Source of the DNA: Narcine bancroftii
Taxonomy: Eukaryota
DNA: 64,000 bases
Reading direction: 5' to 3'
NCBI RefSeq assembly: GCF_036971445.1
Contig: NC_091473.1
Location: forward strand, 183,892,001-183,956,000
The translations under genes and the position numbers were made by a program. Positions 1 to 12,429 of the stretch are shown piece after piece. Numbering within the stretch: the stretch's first letter is position 1; each line of letters begins with the position of its first letter. A model generated the notes under the pieces. It searched no databases, had not been told where the DNA came from, and saw only the letters and a program-made list of their open reading frames with translations.

Positions 1-115
1 GGTCTGGGACCCGGGTGGATTTTGACCAGCCCTGTCCCTGGGTCTTCGATCGAGTAAATTGCCTGGTTACAATTTGAAAAGGGCCTAAGTGTCTCCCCTA
101 AACCTTCCTCCCTTT

Positions 116-410
116 ACTTTGTACAGAGCACAAGATGAAGGAACTGAAGCAGGCCATTTGGCCTATCGAGTCTGCTCTGCGACTCTACACTATGTTCAAC
201 CATGCACACACCGAGTCCCAATTTTCGGCCTTTTTCCCCATATCCCTTGATACACTGACTAATTAGATACCTATCACTCTCCTGTTTAAGTTCTCCCAGT
301 AATCCAGCCTCCGCGCTGTGTGTGGCAGAGAGCTCCACAGATCCACGACCCTCTGACTAAAGAAGTTCTTCCTCCTCTCTGTTTTGAAGGGATAACTAAT
401 TTTAAGACTG
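116..410 (-). mobile_element. CR1-type LINE 3' end fragment
   Basis: Minus translation contains RRKNFFSQRVVDLWSSLP...K.ESDRYL, typical of the CR1 ORF2 C-terminus. Confidence 0.7.
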
Positions 411-769
411 TGCACCCCCCCCCCCCCCACATCCCCACCAAGGGAAACATAATTCGGCGTGAATTTGGAAACACAGTGTACAGGCGGGGCATCTCGTTTT
501 GAACACTGAGGAAGGCTGAAGCCATCGTCAGCATTTCTCTTGCCTGCTACAGGTCCACCATAATCCCATGTTCCTTCTGCTTCTCCTTCGTCGCGCTTCA
601 AATTATGTCACATCAGTGGGCGGGAGTACAGCTACACTGGACAGGAGACGGAGTGTGCTCCACCCCACTGCAGCCATCCCTTTCAGGTAGGCAGCACAGT
701 CCTTTCAGGGCTGCCACCTGAACGACAGCTCCAAAGCTCTGCATCCGCTTCTGCAGGAGCATTCTTGGC

Positions 770-1860
770 AGAGAATGCACCTGAAAATGGCTTAAGATGG
801 GGGCCAAAAACTGCGCAGAGTTCTCTAAATGAGGACTCACCAGTGCCCCATAGATCTTATCAACACCTCTCGACTCTTAAACACTATTCCTCTTGAAATG
901 AATGCCAACATAGCGTTGGCTTTCTTCACTACCAACCCCACCCAGTCATTATCTTTTAGGTTTCCCTGCACGAGGATCCCCTGGTCCCTTTGCACTCCCG
1001 AGGATTGAATTTTCTCTCCATCCAGATAGTATTCTGCTTGTTTGTTTCCACTGCCAAAATGTGGAACCGAACATTTCTCAAAGTTGTGTCTCATCTGCCA
1101 TATTTTTGCCCAGTCGCCTAATCTCTCAATATCCTTCTGCAACTTTACAATTTCTTCAACACTTGCTGCTCCACCACCTACCTTGGTGTCATCCGCAAAT
1201 TTGTCCACAAAAACTGTTCATTTCACAATCCAAATCATTAATATAAATTGTAAACAGCGGCGGCCCCAAAACCGCCCCTGCGAAAAGCCGCTTGTTCCAG
1301 GCAGCCGTCCAGAATGGGCTCCCTTAATTTCAACCCTTTGCTCCTGCTGATCAGCCAATTTTCTACCCAGTCTAATTTCGTCCCTGTAATTCCAGCCTCA
1401 CATGCGTCACCTTGTCGAAAGCCTTTCGAAAATCCAAATATACAACATCCACGGCCTCCCCTTTGTCGCTCCTACCTGAGATAGGATGGTCAGGCAAGAT
1501 CTACCCTTTAAAAATCCATGCTGACTTGCATCTGTCATGTATCTCCAGGTATTTCATAACCTCATCCTTGAGGATCAACTCTAATACCTTCCTGACCACC
1601 GACATCAGACTAATCGGCCTACAGTTCCCTTTTTGTCTGTCTCCCAGTGGAATCACATTCGCCACCTTCCAATCCCCTGGAATCACACCAGTGTCTATTG
1701 GTTTCTGGAAGATCGCCGCCAGTGGGTCCACAATCTCCAAAGCCACCTCTTTCAGAACCCACGGGTGCACCTCGTCCGGTCCGATCTTTAATCCATTCAA
1801 TTTTCCGAGCTCAATTTCTCTAGTAATCTTAATGGTATCCAACTCTACTCCTGCGTGCTT
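770..1860 (-). mobile_element. CR1 LINE ORF2 (RT) fragments, degenerate
   Basis: KFADDTKVGG, DWAKIWQM, GPDEVHPWVLKEVA, DWKVANVIP, RPISLMSVV motifs in broken frames. Confidence 0.85.
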
Positions 1861-2769
1861 TTTAGTACTTGCAATCCTGCTGCATTCCTCTGACTGGCTT
1901 GCTTTTCCCAGTCAACCTGAGCCAGTTCCTTCCTCTCACCACCGTAATTTCCTATACTCACCTGAAAAACTGACACATCCAGTAACGCTTTTTCTTTTCC
2001 TTTACAAATTTCAAATCGAATCCGACCACTGCTGCTTCCCTGACCTTTAGCTCCCTAATGGCCTCAGGTTCCTCGCATGTGGCCCGATCTGGATCTGCCA
2101 ATCCCCTGCCGGGCTTCTCCGCAATCCGCCTCTTTGGTTTTCGACACACTCTCTCTCCTGGGACTCAGGAATTTCCTGTCCTTTCCAATCCCCTGCCATG
2201 TTCAAATCCCCCTTAATTATTTTGATATGACGACCCCCCCCCCCCCCCCCCCCCCCGTGACATGCCCTTTTGTAGTTCCACTTCCCGGCTGCTGTTTTGG
2301 GGGGGGGGGCCTGTATATAACTGCTAATATGGTCTTTTTATCCTTGACATTTCAACCCATAATGATTCTACCACTTTAGACCCTACGTCCCTTCCCTCTA
2401 TTGTTTTAACGTCATTACTTACCATTGGAGCCACCCCTCCACCTCTACCCACCTATCTTTCGTATAGACTGTGATTCCTCGGATATCGAGCTCCCAACCG
2501 CACGCCTCATTGAGCCATGGTTCAGTATTGGCCACAATGTCCTATCTTCTCAGTGGAATTGGTGCGGCCAGGTTTTAGATGCTACATGCATTTAAGGACG
2601 GAACCCCGAGACCTGATACTGATATTGTTCATGCTGCCTTCCTGGCTGCTCACCTGCCTTACCTTTACATCACTTCTGACTAACTCTCTACTATTTACGG
2701 CTTTCCCCATCACTGTTCCCCGTCTCCAATTCAGGCCACATCCTGGCAAATCTCTGCATCCCCTCCAAA

Positions 2770-3475
2770 GCTTTCTCGTAGTGGGGCAATCAGAACCGAA
2801 CACAATTATCCCAACTGTGGTCTAAGCAGAGATCCGTGGGGCTGCAACGTCACCTCACGGCTCTTGAACTCAATCACCACACCACCACCCCCCTCAATTA
2901 ATGAAGCCCAGCGGCCTGCAGGCCTTCTTAACTACCCGATCAGCCTGAGTGCTGACCTTGAGGGATGTATGGATCCGGTCCCGCCTCCTGTTCCCCCACA
3001 CTGTGAAGTATCTGACCATTAACCTTTCTGGTTTGACCTTCCAAAATGTATCGCCTTTGAACTCCACCTGCCACTTTTTTGCCCAACTTTGCATCCTGTC
3101 TGGATCCACACAACACCTCCTACCTTCGTGTTCGCTTCACCCAGATTTATTTAATATCCAGGGAAGGTGTCCAGCTTCAGATTCCCAGAGAGCGGGCGGA
3201 CCGCCGGAAATCCCGGGAATGTGCCCACCATCGTTGGGTGCAACTTCAGGACGGATGGGCGTCAATTTCAAACAGAGGCGGGGAGAAATTTCTTCAGCCA
3301 GAGGGTCGGGGGAGGGGTCTGTGGAATGTTGGCTATGGGCGGCTGTGGGAGGGAGGTTACTGGGTGTATTTAAGGCAGCGATTGACAGGTATTTGATTAG
3401 TCAGGGGTTACCCCCAGATCAGATCATTAGAATGGTGGAAGAGACTGGATGAGCCAATGGGCCTACTTCTGCTCC
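2770..3475. mobile_element. CR1 LINE fragments (mixed orientation)
   Basis: WAKKWQVEF and QADRVVKKA on minus; RNFFSQRV and FKAAIDRYLISQG on plus. Confidence 0.6.
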
Positions 3476-3691
3476 GATAATCTTGTGAACTGTAGAGTGG
3501 ATCGCCAGAGTTCCAGGATTCTGAGAAAGCCTTGGGAGTCCTGGACTGACAAAATTTTTGGCAAGATATCCACCTTGAGAGACACGCAAAGCCGACCAGA
3601 ACAGTTGGAGGGTGTTGGGAGATGTTTGGAGAGCAGAGGGAAGTGGCGGGGACCAAGTGGCCTTTCGGGGGCTCCACGGAAGGAAACTCAC

Positions 3692-3923
3692 GGTCCACAC
3701 TGCTGCTGGGGGCGGATGACCCCATGCCCCGGTTCTGAATCTGGTAGACTGGCTGGGTGGGTCGCTGACCGTCCTTCTCGCCTTTCATCGGTGCGCCGGG
3801 GGCCGGGGAAGAGGGGTCTCCAGGCAGAACAGCCTTCCCCTCCTCCCGCGACTTCATCAGCACGATCGGCTTCTCTGTGGGGGGTGCTGGAACCGTGGGG
3901 GGCATGGGGGACGGCTTGTTGGG
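3692..3923 (-). CDS. SMG9: SMG9 coding exon (PNKPSPMPPTVPAPPTEKPIVLMKSREEGK...GQRPTQPVYQIQNRGMG...VD)
   Basis: EKPIVLMK.REEGK and GQRPTQPVYQIQNRGMG match human SMG9; acceptor ttacctcag, donor gtgagt; 232 nt, phase 0 to 1. Later exons were not found in 1-3691 and probably lie beyond the left edge. Confidence 0.93.
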
Positions 3924-3934
3924 CTGAGGTAAAG

Positions 3935-4870
3935 AGAGAGGGGGAGAGGGAGGGGAGAGAGGAAGGGGAGGGGAGAGAGGAAGGGGAGGGGAGAGAGGAA
4001 GGGGAGGGGAGAGAGGAAGGGGAGGGGAGAGAGGAAGGGGAGGGGAGAGAGGAAGGGGAGGGGAGAGAGGAAGGGAGGGGAGAGAGGAAGGGGGGGGAGA
4101 GAGGAAGGGGGGGGAGAGAGGAAGGGGGGGGGAGAGAGGAAGGGGAGGGGAGAGAGGAAGGGGAGGGGAGAGAGGAAGGGGAGGGGAGAGAGGAAGGGGA
4201 GGGGAGAGAGGAAGGGGAGGGCGAGGCGGGGAGGGCGCGGCGGGGAGGGCGCGGCGGGGAGGGCGCGGCGGGGAGGGCGCGGCGGGGAGGGCGAGGCGGG
4301 GAGGGCGAGGCGGGGAGGGCGAGGCGGGGAGGGCGTGGCGGGGAGGGCGTGGCGGGGAGGGCGAGGCGGGGAGGGGAGAGCGAGGCGGGGAGGGGAGAGC
4401 GAGGCGGGGAGGGGAGAGCGAGGCGGGGAGAGCGAGGCGGGGAGAGCGAGGCGGGGAGGGGAGAGCGAGGCGGGGAGGGGAGAGCGAGGCGGGGAGGGGA
4501 GAGCGAGGCGGGGAGGGGAGAGCGAGGCGGGGAGGGGAGAGCGAGGCGGGGAGGGGAGAGCGAGGCGGGGAGGGGAGAGCGAGGCGGGGAGGGGAGAGCG
4601 AGGCGGGGAGGGGAGAGCGAGGCGGGGAGGGGAGAGCGAGGCGGGGAGGGGAGAGCGAGGCGGGGAGGGGAGAGCGAGGCGGGGCGGGGAGAGCGAGGCG
4701 GGGAGGGGAGAGCGAGGCGGGGAGGGGAGAGCGAGGCGAGGCGGGGAGGGGAGAGCGAGGCGGGGAGGGGAGAGCGAGGCGGGGAGGGGAGAGCGAGGCG
4801 GGGAGGGGAGAGCGAGGCGGGGAGGGGAGAGCGAGGCGGGGAGGGGAGAGCGAGGCGGGGAGGGGAGAGA
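3935..4870. repeat. Compound G-rich minisatellite (18-, 14- and 19-bp units) in an SMG9 intron
   Basis: Units gggagagaggaaggggag, gcgcggcggggagg and gagcgaggcggggagggga seen directly. Confidence 0.95.
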
Positions 4871-5117
4871 GAATTCAGCAATTTCAACTCATTTCTCGCC
4901 CATCCCTCGGATCAGGGGGTGATCCCACCCCCCCCAACTTCTCCTTCCGTCTGATATGCAGAGTTTATGGGACAGACCTGCCAACCACACGGGGATGAGG
5001 GTGGAGGGGAAAATGTGGGTGGTGGTGCCCCTCATCCTTCAAGGTGGGTTGACGGGGCTGGGACAGTTGGATTGGGGGGGTGAGAATGGGGCGGGGGAAA
5101 GTGGCTCCAGCACTTAC

Positions 5118-5192
5118 CCTGTCGGTCGGAGGCTTGGCAAGAATAATCGGCGTCTTCTGCATGCTGGAACCTTCCGGTCCACCGACTGCTTC
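5118..5192 (-). CDS. SMG9: SMG9 coding exon (EAVGGPEGSSMQKTPIILAKPPTDR)
   Basis: Matches human MQKTPIILSKPPAER; 75 nt; acceptor cccaacag, donor gtaagt; phase 0/0. Confidence 0.92.
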
Positions 5193-5702
5193 CTGTTGGG
5201 AACGGAACAAGGTGATGAGAGGGTATCGTACGCAGGTGGGGTGGATCTGCCCGCTCAAACACGGACATGCTCCTGTTCCCACAAGCATACATGCACCAGC
5301 ACGCGTGCCCCCTGTGGAATTCAGGAGGACCAGGAGCGACTTCCCTCCGCTACACATCAACAACTTGGCAGTGGAGAGAGGGGAGACACCAAGTTCTTCG
5401 GAGTTCACTGAGCCAGTGACTTATCACGGTCACTCACAGACTTGCCCGATCAGGAGACAGTTAGCCTCCCTGGCAAATCATAACTAGATGGTTTGTCCCA
5501 CTAGTACAACTGGATGGTTTGCATCAGTATCATATAATCAGCAGACAGGATACTGTTCCAGGCAAGTAATGATGGCTGCTATTCCTAACTAATATAACCA
5601 AGAGAGGCTCTGTTCAAGCAAGAGATGGATGGATGTACAACGAGGAGCCGAGACGAATCACTAGTTTAACTGGGAGGCAGTTAGTGTGACCAGGAGCCGG
5701 TT

Positions 5703-6718
5703 TGTGACAGAGTATAAAATAGAAATATTTTTGGGAGATAAATTGGGAAAGGTTAGAGTAGGTTACATACAAACACTTTTAAATAAATCTTATTTGACAA
5801 TACTGGAGACTTCATGTCCACAGTGACTTTTCAGAAACTTTGAAGGAGGCCTATGGAGACTTCACAAGTAGGTGTTAATTGGACTGATGTTGTGGACACC
5901 TTGGCTTCTCACACCTTTTTTGCAGGAGCTTTGAAAAATGCTGGAGAGAGATCACTGCTGGGTTCTTGTATACCCAAAAGCAACAAATGCAAGAGCAGGC
6001 TGGTGCTCCATTGTCTACAGAAGACTTGCTGTTGTAAGGGGGTCACGTGGTTTTGGAAGCAGAAAAGAGTCAAACAGGCTGTCTCAGTCTCCAAGTGTGA
6101 GGGAGAGACAGCAGTGTCAAGCAGCAGACGTTGCTGGAACTGAAACAGAAGCTCCAGTGTGGAAGACGGCCTAGTCAGCCCTTGTAGCTCATACAAGAGG
6201 AGTGGACTGGCTGTCTAATGTAAATAAGTTGAACAGAAAGGAACTCTGTGATGACCTGAAAGAAAGGTTACCATCTGGAGATCCCTGATGGGACAAGTTG
6301 CGTCAGCAAGACTGATGGAAGTACATCAGTTGTGGATGTCCTGGAACAACACATCTCTCTCTGAAAACCGACGAGAACCTTCCTGAGCAGTCACCATTTT
6401 CTTTCGAGCACCAAAGCCTGGTGACCGTCATACATGTTAAATTCTGTGCACAGTATAAGAATTGCCTGCAACCAGTGAACATGGTGGAAGGAGAAGTGAG
6501 ATTGGACTGTGAACTAAAGAACTTTTCTGAACTTACACACATGTGCGTGAAGAATTAGAAGGGGGTTAAGTTAGGTTAGTTAAGTCAATAGTGCTAAGTT
6601 AAAGTTTGATTCTGCTTTCATGTTTAAAAATAATTAAAAGCAATTTTTGTTGAAGTAACCATTTGTCTTGGTGAATATCTATTGCTGCTGGGTTTTGGGG
6701 TCCTCTGGGCTTGTAACA
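5703..6718 (+). mobile_element. Solo LTR, ~1-kb family A, copy 1
   Basis: TGTGACA...TGTAACA termini, perfect 4-bp TSD GGTT; homologous to copies at 16.1, 28.7 and 52.1 kb. Confidence 0.85.
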
Positions 6719-6859
6719 GGTTAGTGACACCAGGAGCCGGTCAATGGGACCAGGAGCCGGTTACCATCACTAATATAACCAGGGAGTTAGTATTGCGGAG
6801 CCGAGGAATTGGGGACACTGGTTGGGGGACAGTTACCCCGAAACCACCATAACCAGCGC

Positions 6860-7125
6860 CGTAACCTGCTTTAACTAGTAATAACCCGCTCACCGCTCCC
6901 GGCCCGCTGCCGCCGTTCCAGCTCCTTCCGCCCGGACGGTCCGCGCCGCGTACCTGCCCCGCGCGATCGGCGCCGCCAGGAAATTCGTCCGGTCGGGGCG
7001 CCAGGTCCTGAACGATGGTTCCTCAATCCCTGGGTCCCCTGACCCTCCCTCTCAGCTCCCCGCTCTTGGTTTATTTTCAGCCGCGGTTCAGACGAGCGCA
7101 GGTTCAGGGGAAACTTCCACCATGT
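6860..7125. promoter_or_regulatory. CpG-rich segment, probable SMG9 promoter/first exon, possibly bidirectional
   Basis: High CpG density; minus-strand donors gtgagc (~6894) and gtacgc (~6953) directly upstream of the SMG9 exons. Confidence 0.6.
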
Positions 7126-10100
7126 ATGTCTTACAGTTAGAAAGAGGGAGGGAGGGAGGGAGGGAGATAGGGCTAGAAAGGAAGGGACCAAGGGGGTGAT
7201 GGGAAAAAAGGGAGGGAGGGAAAGAGGGGGTGATGGGAAAAAAGGGAGGGAGGGAAAGAGGGGGTGATGGGGAGGGGAGATAAAGGGAGAGGAGGCTGTA
7301 AAGGAGGGGAGAGAGGGGGTGATGGGGAGAAAGGGTGGGGAGAGAGGGAAAGGGAGAGAGATGGGGCTGTAAAAGAGAGGGTGATGGGGAGAAAGGCCGG
7401 GGAAGAGATATGGGGCTGGGAAGAAAGGGAGAGGGGGTGATCGGGAGAAAGGGTGAGAGATGGAGTGGGAAGGAGGGGCGAGAGGGGGTGATGGGATAAT
7501 GGGGAAAGAAGGAGGAGGGAGATGGAGAGGGAGATGGAGTGGGTAGGAGAGGGGAGAGAGGGTGTGATGGGGAAAGGAAGAAAGAAGGGAATTGGAGGGA
7601 GAGAGTAGAGGTATAGAGGGAGGGATATGGGGTGGGAATGAGGGGAGAGAGGGTGTGACGCGGAGAATGGGGAAATGAAAGAAAGAGGAGAAAGGGAGAG
7701 AGAGGGTGAAAGAAGGGGAGGGAAAGAAGGAGAGGAGAGTGAAATGGGGAGAAGGGAGGGGAGAGAGAGAGAAAGAGGAAAGAGTGAAGGGGAGGAGGGG
7801 TATAAGAAGGGGCCCCGAAGGGCTTCCTGATCGTGTCGGAGGTTCAGATCCGGAGCTCGGACGGACGAATCCACGGACACTCGGTGTCTCGGCGCTGGGC
7901 AACGTTGGTGGTAAATCTTTGTGTTACCGCCGACTAAGGCAATATTGTGTAATCTGGCACTTCTGTTTTAATACATGACAATAGTATTTGCTCTTTGGAT
8001 CGCAGAAGGATGAGAGAAGGCTTTTTTTAAATTTATTTTTCACACTACGAACCATACTGACCAGAGGAGGCTTAATAGGTGACGGCAAGATTATGAGAGT
8101 CACAGACAGGGCGGATGGCCAGCGCCCTTTACCCAAGACAGGAAGTGTACAAAGTGAAAGGAGGAACATTTGGGGGCGACATCAAGGAGAGTTTCTTTAC
8201 ACAGAGAGGTGTGGGGGCCGGGAATACCTTGCCAGGGGTGGGGGTGGGGTGGAGGCTGGAACATTAGGGGCATTTAGTATTAGACGGGCACGCGGATGGA
8301 AGGAAAATAGAGGGTAACGAGGAAGGGAGAGTCAGCACAGCCTGTATTGTGCTGTAGTGTCCTGCTTCTCAGAATGGGAGAATCTAAGGTGCAACTAGAA
8401 GGGGGGGGGGGGGAGGGGGTGCGGGATGTAGAAGGGAGGTGAGGGGGCAGCTCTTCGCTCAGAGGGTGGCTTGTCACTGGGAACGAGCTGCCAGACGAAG
8501 GTTTGCAGACTATGTGATTGTAGTTAATCCTTAAAGGTTCTGCAGGCAAAAGTACGCAGTATCACCGAGGGAGGGAGGTGTGGATGGAGTGGGGGTGTGT
8601 GGACGGAGTGGGAGGGAGGTGTGGGCGGATGGAGAGGGGGAGGGGGTTTGGGTCTCAGTCCCGGGTCAAGGTGCGAGCAAAAAGCAGGCGGGCGCCCGAA
8701 TAAAAAGACTGGGATGGGGAGGGAAGAAGGGGGAGGGTGGGGGAGCACAGGCCAACGGGCAAGAGGCTGTCAGTGGACATGGATAGGAGGGCAGGGTTAA
8801 TATTGATCGGGGGGGGGGGGAGTCACTCGGTGGATGCAGAGCTGGGGGGGAAGGAGACAGAGAGGGAGGGAGGGAGAGAGAGAAGGAAGGAGAAGGATGG
8901 CGAGGGTTGTGTCATTCAGGGGTTTAATAAACACCAGAAGGGTTTCCTCTGAACTTGCACTTTGCAGCAATATTCTTTAACCTTGAGAGGAAATTATCTA
9001 CTGTCAGGCTCTTGTTTTAATCCCTGGAACTCGTTTCGCTTTATTTTTCAAATATCCTTTCTGGATTATTTGCTTCCTCTTCAGCTAGTTCCGGTTATTG
9101 AACAGGTCTAGTCCTCGCTCGCCCGTCCAAGGAAGGTGGTAACGAAGTGGTAACGAACCTTCTCCTCTGGTGTCGCTCCCTTGAGGAAACGTTTGAATAT
9201 CAGGTTGCACGTCTGCCCAAACTTTTTGAAAGCTCTGTGACTTTGTTGTTGTTAGCAGAGGGTGCAAACAGTCGATGGAGGGGGATGGGGTGGGGCAGAA
9301 GGAGTGGATACAGGGGGAGGGAGGTGTGGATGGAGGGGGATGAGACCCTGAGATCTTAAGCCGGCCACACTCTTCACTGGGCGAATCAGGTGGGTCATGG
9401 AATGTAGGACAGGATTCCCCACGTCCTCACCCACCTGCCACCATGTCCAACACATCCTCTCCACCAGTTTTGCCTACCTTGCCCACTCCACCCTCCCCCC
9501 ATGACCACGGGAGATGCCCCACTTGCGCCCTCACCTCCTCCCTCATTGCCTTCCGGGTGAATCTGCAGGGGGTCTGGGCTCCCGTTGTGGTCTCCCCTAT
9601 GTCGCAGGCGCTGGGATGCAGGCCGGGAGATCGTTTCATGGACCACCTCGGCTCCGTCTGTCGCAGCAGCATGGATCTCCCAATAGCTGCCCATCTCAAT
9701 TCCCCGCTATATTCCCCTTGCTGACACGACTGTCCGTGGTCTCTTGCATGGCCCAATGGAGACCACCCGCAGACTGGAGGATCAACACCGTCTTCCATCT
9801 GGGCTCCCTCCAATCGGACGGGATGAACATCGACCTCTGGTTTCCATTATAACACCCCCACCTTTGTCTCCCTGTCTCCTCTCGTTCTCTCTCTCTCCCC
9901 CCCTCTGTCTCCTTTCCCAGAGCCAAAATCAGTTCTCACCCCTCCTTATCAGATCCAATTCATCCCTTTTATCTGGTGTCCTCTCCCTCCCAGTCTTTAA
10001 TTTTGATGCCTGTCTGTTCTTTGTTTATACCTCAAAGAAGGGCTCAAGCATCAGTCATTTATCTTCACCCACTCTGGTCCGGCTGAGTCCCCCCAGCATT

Positions 10101-11042
10101 TCTGCTCGTTTCACTCCGTGGGATATTCCAGCACTGTACAGGCCCTTCAGCCCACAATGTAAACCTACTCAACACTCTTAACACCTTCCCACCTCACACC
10201 AGTAATCTTTCATCCATGTGTCTGTCCAACAGCCTTTTAAATGTCCCTAATGTTCCAGCCTCCACCACCATGCCCAGCAACGCATTCTGGGCACCCGCTA
10301 TTCTCTGTGTAAAAATCTAACCCCGGAACTTCCCTCTCTTCCCTTTGGACAGACGTCCTCTGATATTTGCTACTGTCGACCTGAGAATGAGGATGCAGGC
10401 TGTATTCCCTGTCTGCGGCCCCTCGTAATCTGTACATCCCCATTTAGTCACCTCTCCTTCATCAATCAGCACCATGGGTTCCCCCCGGCCACTGATTCTT
10501 CCCTCAGATGGTGATCGTCTCAGCGCAAAAGCTCCTTTGTTTCACTAATGATGAGGTGGGGGGGGGGGAAGAGGGGGACAGGAGAAAGAGGGTGAGGGGG
10601 AGAGGGAGAGAAGGGGAGGGAGAGAAAGTTTGTGAGAAAGGGAGGGTGGGAGAGGGAGAGAGAAAGGGGGAAGGAGAGAAGGTTTGTGAGAAAGGGAGGG
10701 TGGGTGAGAGAGAGCAAAGGGGAGAAAGGGAGAAGGAGAGAAAGTTTGTGAGAAAGGGAGGGAGAGGGAGGGTGGGAGAGAGAGGATGGGGAGGGAGAGA
10801 AGGTTTGTGAGAAAGGGAGGGAGAGAAAGTTTGTGACAAAGGGAGGGGAGGGAGGGATGATGGAGCTGGGAGAGGGAGAAAGAGGGGAGGGGTGAGAGAG
10901 AGGGGAGAGGGAGCTGTCACCATCTTGGCACTGTGCCACAAGTCTCTAACTCTACTTCCTGTACCCTGTCATCACAACCTCCCAGAAACTGCGGTACCTC
11001 AGGAATGGAGTAACCATGGGATTTACGATGAGCAGGAAATGA
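7081..11042 (+). CDS. Candidate uncharacterised multi-exon gene (exons 7081-7123, 7848-7910, 9106-9203, 10508-10555, 10986-11042)
   Basis: Phase-compatible AG/GT-bounded islands of complex sequence joining to ...LVLARPSKEGGNEVVTNLLLWCRSLEETFEYQMVIVSAQKLLCFTNDEKLRYLRNGVTMGFTMSRK*; no homologue recognised. Confidence 0.3.
9400..9860 (+). mobile_element. Penelope-like element GIY-YIG endonuclease remnant
   Basis: RCPTC...RFMDHLGSVCR...DLPIAAHLNS translation; related to 29960-30230 and 38340-38690. Confidence 0.65.
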
Positions 11043-11773
11043 TTGTCGAGCAATTCTCTGGGCGACACCTGGGAACCTGCGTCATGAAGGAAGTGGGAGA
11101 TGAGTTTACTGCTGATTTTAATTTTCCAAAATGCCAAAAAGTGAGATTGGGAAACAGCACAATAGCTCGTTTATTACAAATGGAGAGAGAGAGAGAGGAG
11201 GAGGAGAGGGAGAGGGAGGGGGAGGGTGAGATGGAGAGGAAAGAGGAGGAGGAAGGAGGGAGGGGAAGGGGAGGGAGAGGAGGACCACAGAGCAGTCTGA
11301 AGAAGCTGGGGTTTAAGTGCGATACACAAGTGCACTGGAGAAAGTCAGGCAGGTCACACAGTGTCCATGGGGAGGAGAGAGAGAGATCAATCAATACACC
11401 ACCCCGGGCTCTTCACCAAGCAGGCAGCGGAGTATTAAAAGGGGGGTGGGTGAGGAGGGAGAGGAGGAGAGGAGAAGGGGGAACTGGAGAGAAGGGAGGG
11501 GAACATGGAAGATGGGAGAGGAAGATGGAGAGGGAGGTGGGAGAGGGGAAGGTGGAGAGGAAGGAAGGAAAGGGGGGGAGAGGAAGGGAAGGGGAGGAAG
11601 GAGGGGGAGATAGAAGGAAGAGGGAGGGTGAGATGGAGAGGAAGGGTGAGATGGAGAGGAAGGGTGAGATGGAGAGGAAGGAGGAGAAGGGGAGGAAGAA
11701 GGAGGGAGAAGAGGAGGAGGGAGGGAAGAGGGAGGAGGAGATGGGACAGGAGGGGAGGGGAGAGGATGTAGGG

Positions 11774-11905
11774 NNNNNNNNNNNNNNNNNNNNNNNNNNN
11801 NNNNNNNNNNNNNNNNNNNNNNNNNNNNNNNNNNNNNNNNNNNNNNNNNNNNNNNNNNNNNNNNNNNNNNNNNNNNNNNNNNNNNNNNNNNNNNNNNNNN
11901 NNNNN
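11774..11905. other. Assembly gap (132 N)
   Basis: Run of N within a purine-rich repeat. Confidence 1.
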
Positions 11906-12330
11906 GGGAAGCGGGAGGGAAGCGGGAGGGAGGGAGCGGGGAGGAGGGAAGCGGGAGGGAGGGAAGCGGGAGGGAGGGAAGCGGGAGGGAGGGAAGCGGG
12001 AGGGAGGGAAGCGGGGAGGGAGGGAAGCGGGAGGAGGGAAGCGGGAGGGAGGGAAGCGGGAGGGAGGGAAGCGGGAGGGAGGGAAGCGGGAGGAGGGAAG
12101 CGGGAGGGAGGGAAGCGGGAGGGAGGGAAGCGGGAGGGAGGGAAGCGGGAGGGAGGGAAGCGGGAGGGAGGGAAGCGGGAGGGAGGGAAGCGGGAGGAGG
12201 AAGCGGGAGGGAGGGAAGCGGGCGGGAGGAGGGAAGCGGGAGGGAGGGAAGAGGAAGCGGGAGGGAAGGGGAGGAAGAGGGAGGGAGGGAAGGGAAGAGG
12301 GAGGGAGGGAAGGGAAGAAGGGGAGATGGA
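11906..12330. repeat. 15-bp minisatellite (gggagggaagcggga)
   Basis: Direct tandem units. Confidence 0.9.
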
Positions 12331-12429
12331 GAGGAAGGAGAGGAGGGAAGGGGAAGGAGAGGACCACATAGCCTGACCCCCATGGGGTCCACAAGCTCTT
12401 CATACCACTCAGGGACTCAGAGCAAGAGG

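Noticed and set aside
440-780. Complex sequence as a further SMG9 exon
   Set aside because: The expected PVVGQAKLLPPERMKHSIKL peptide is absent and the frames close quickly.
3449-4954. Long ORFs (501 aa plus, 399 aa minus)
   Set aside because: Translations of a stop-free minisatellite; the same applies to 6871-7902, most of 10892-12694 and 21164-23136.
5310-5410. ORF segment upstream of the SMG9 exon
   Set aside because: VEFRRTRSDFPPLHIN...TKFFGVH is a Rex1-type LINE remnant.
9136-9157. 11-bp tandem duplication gtggtaacgaa as a frameshift lesion
   Set aside because: The acceptor at 9105 gives an open frame through it.
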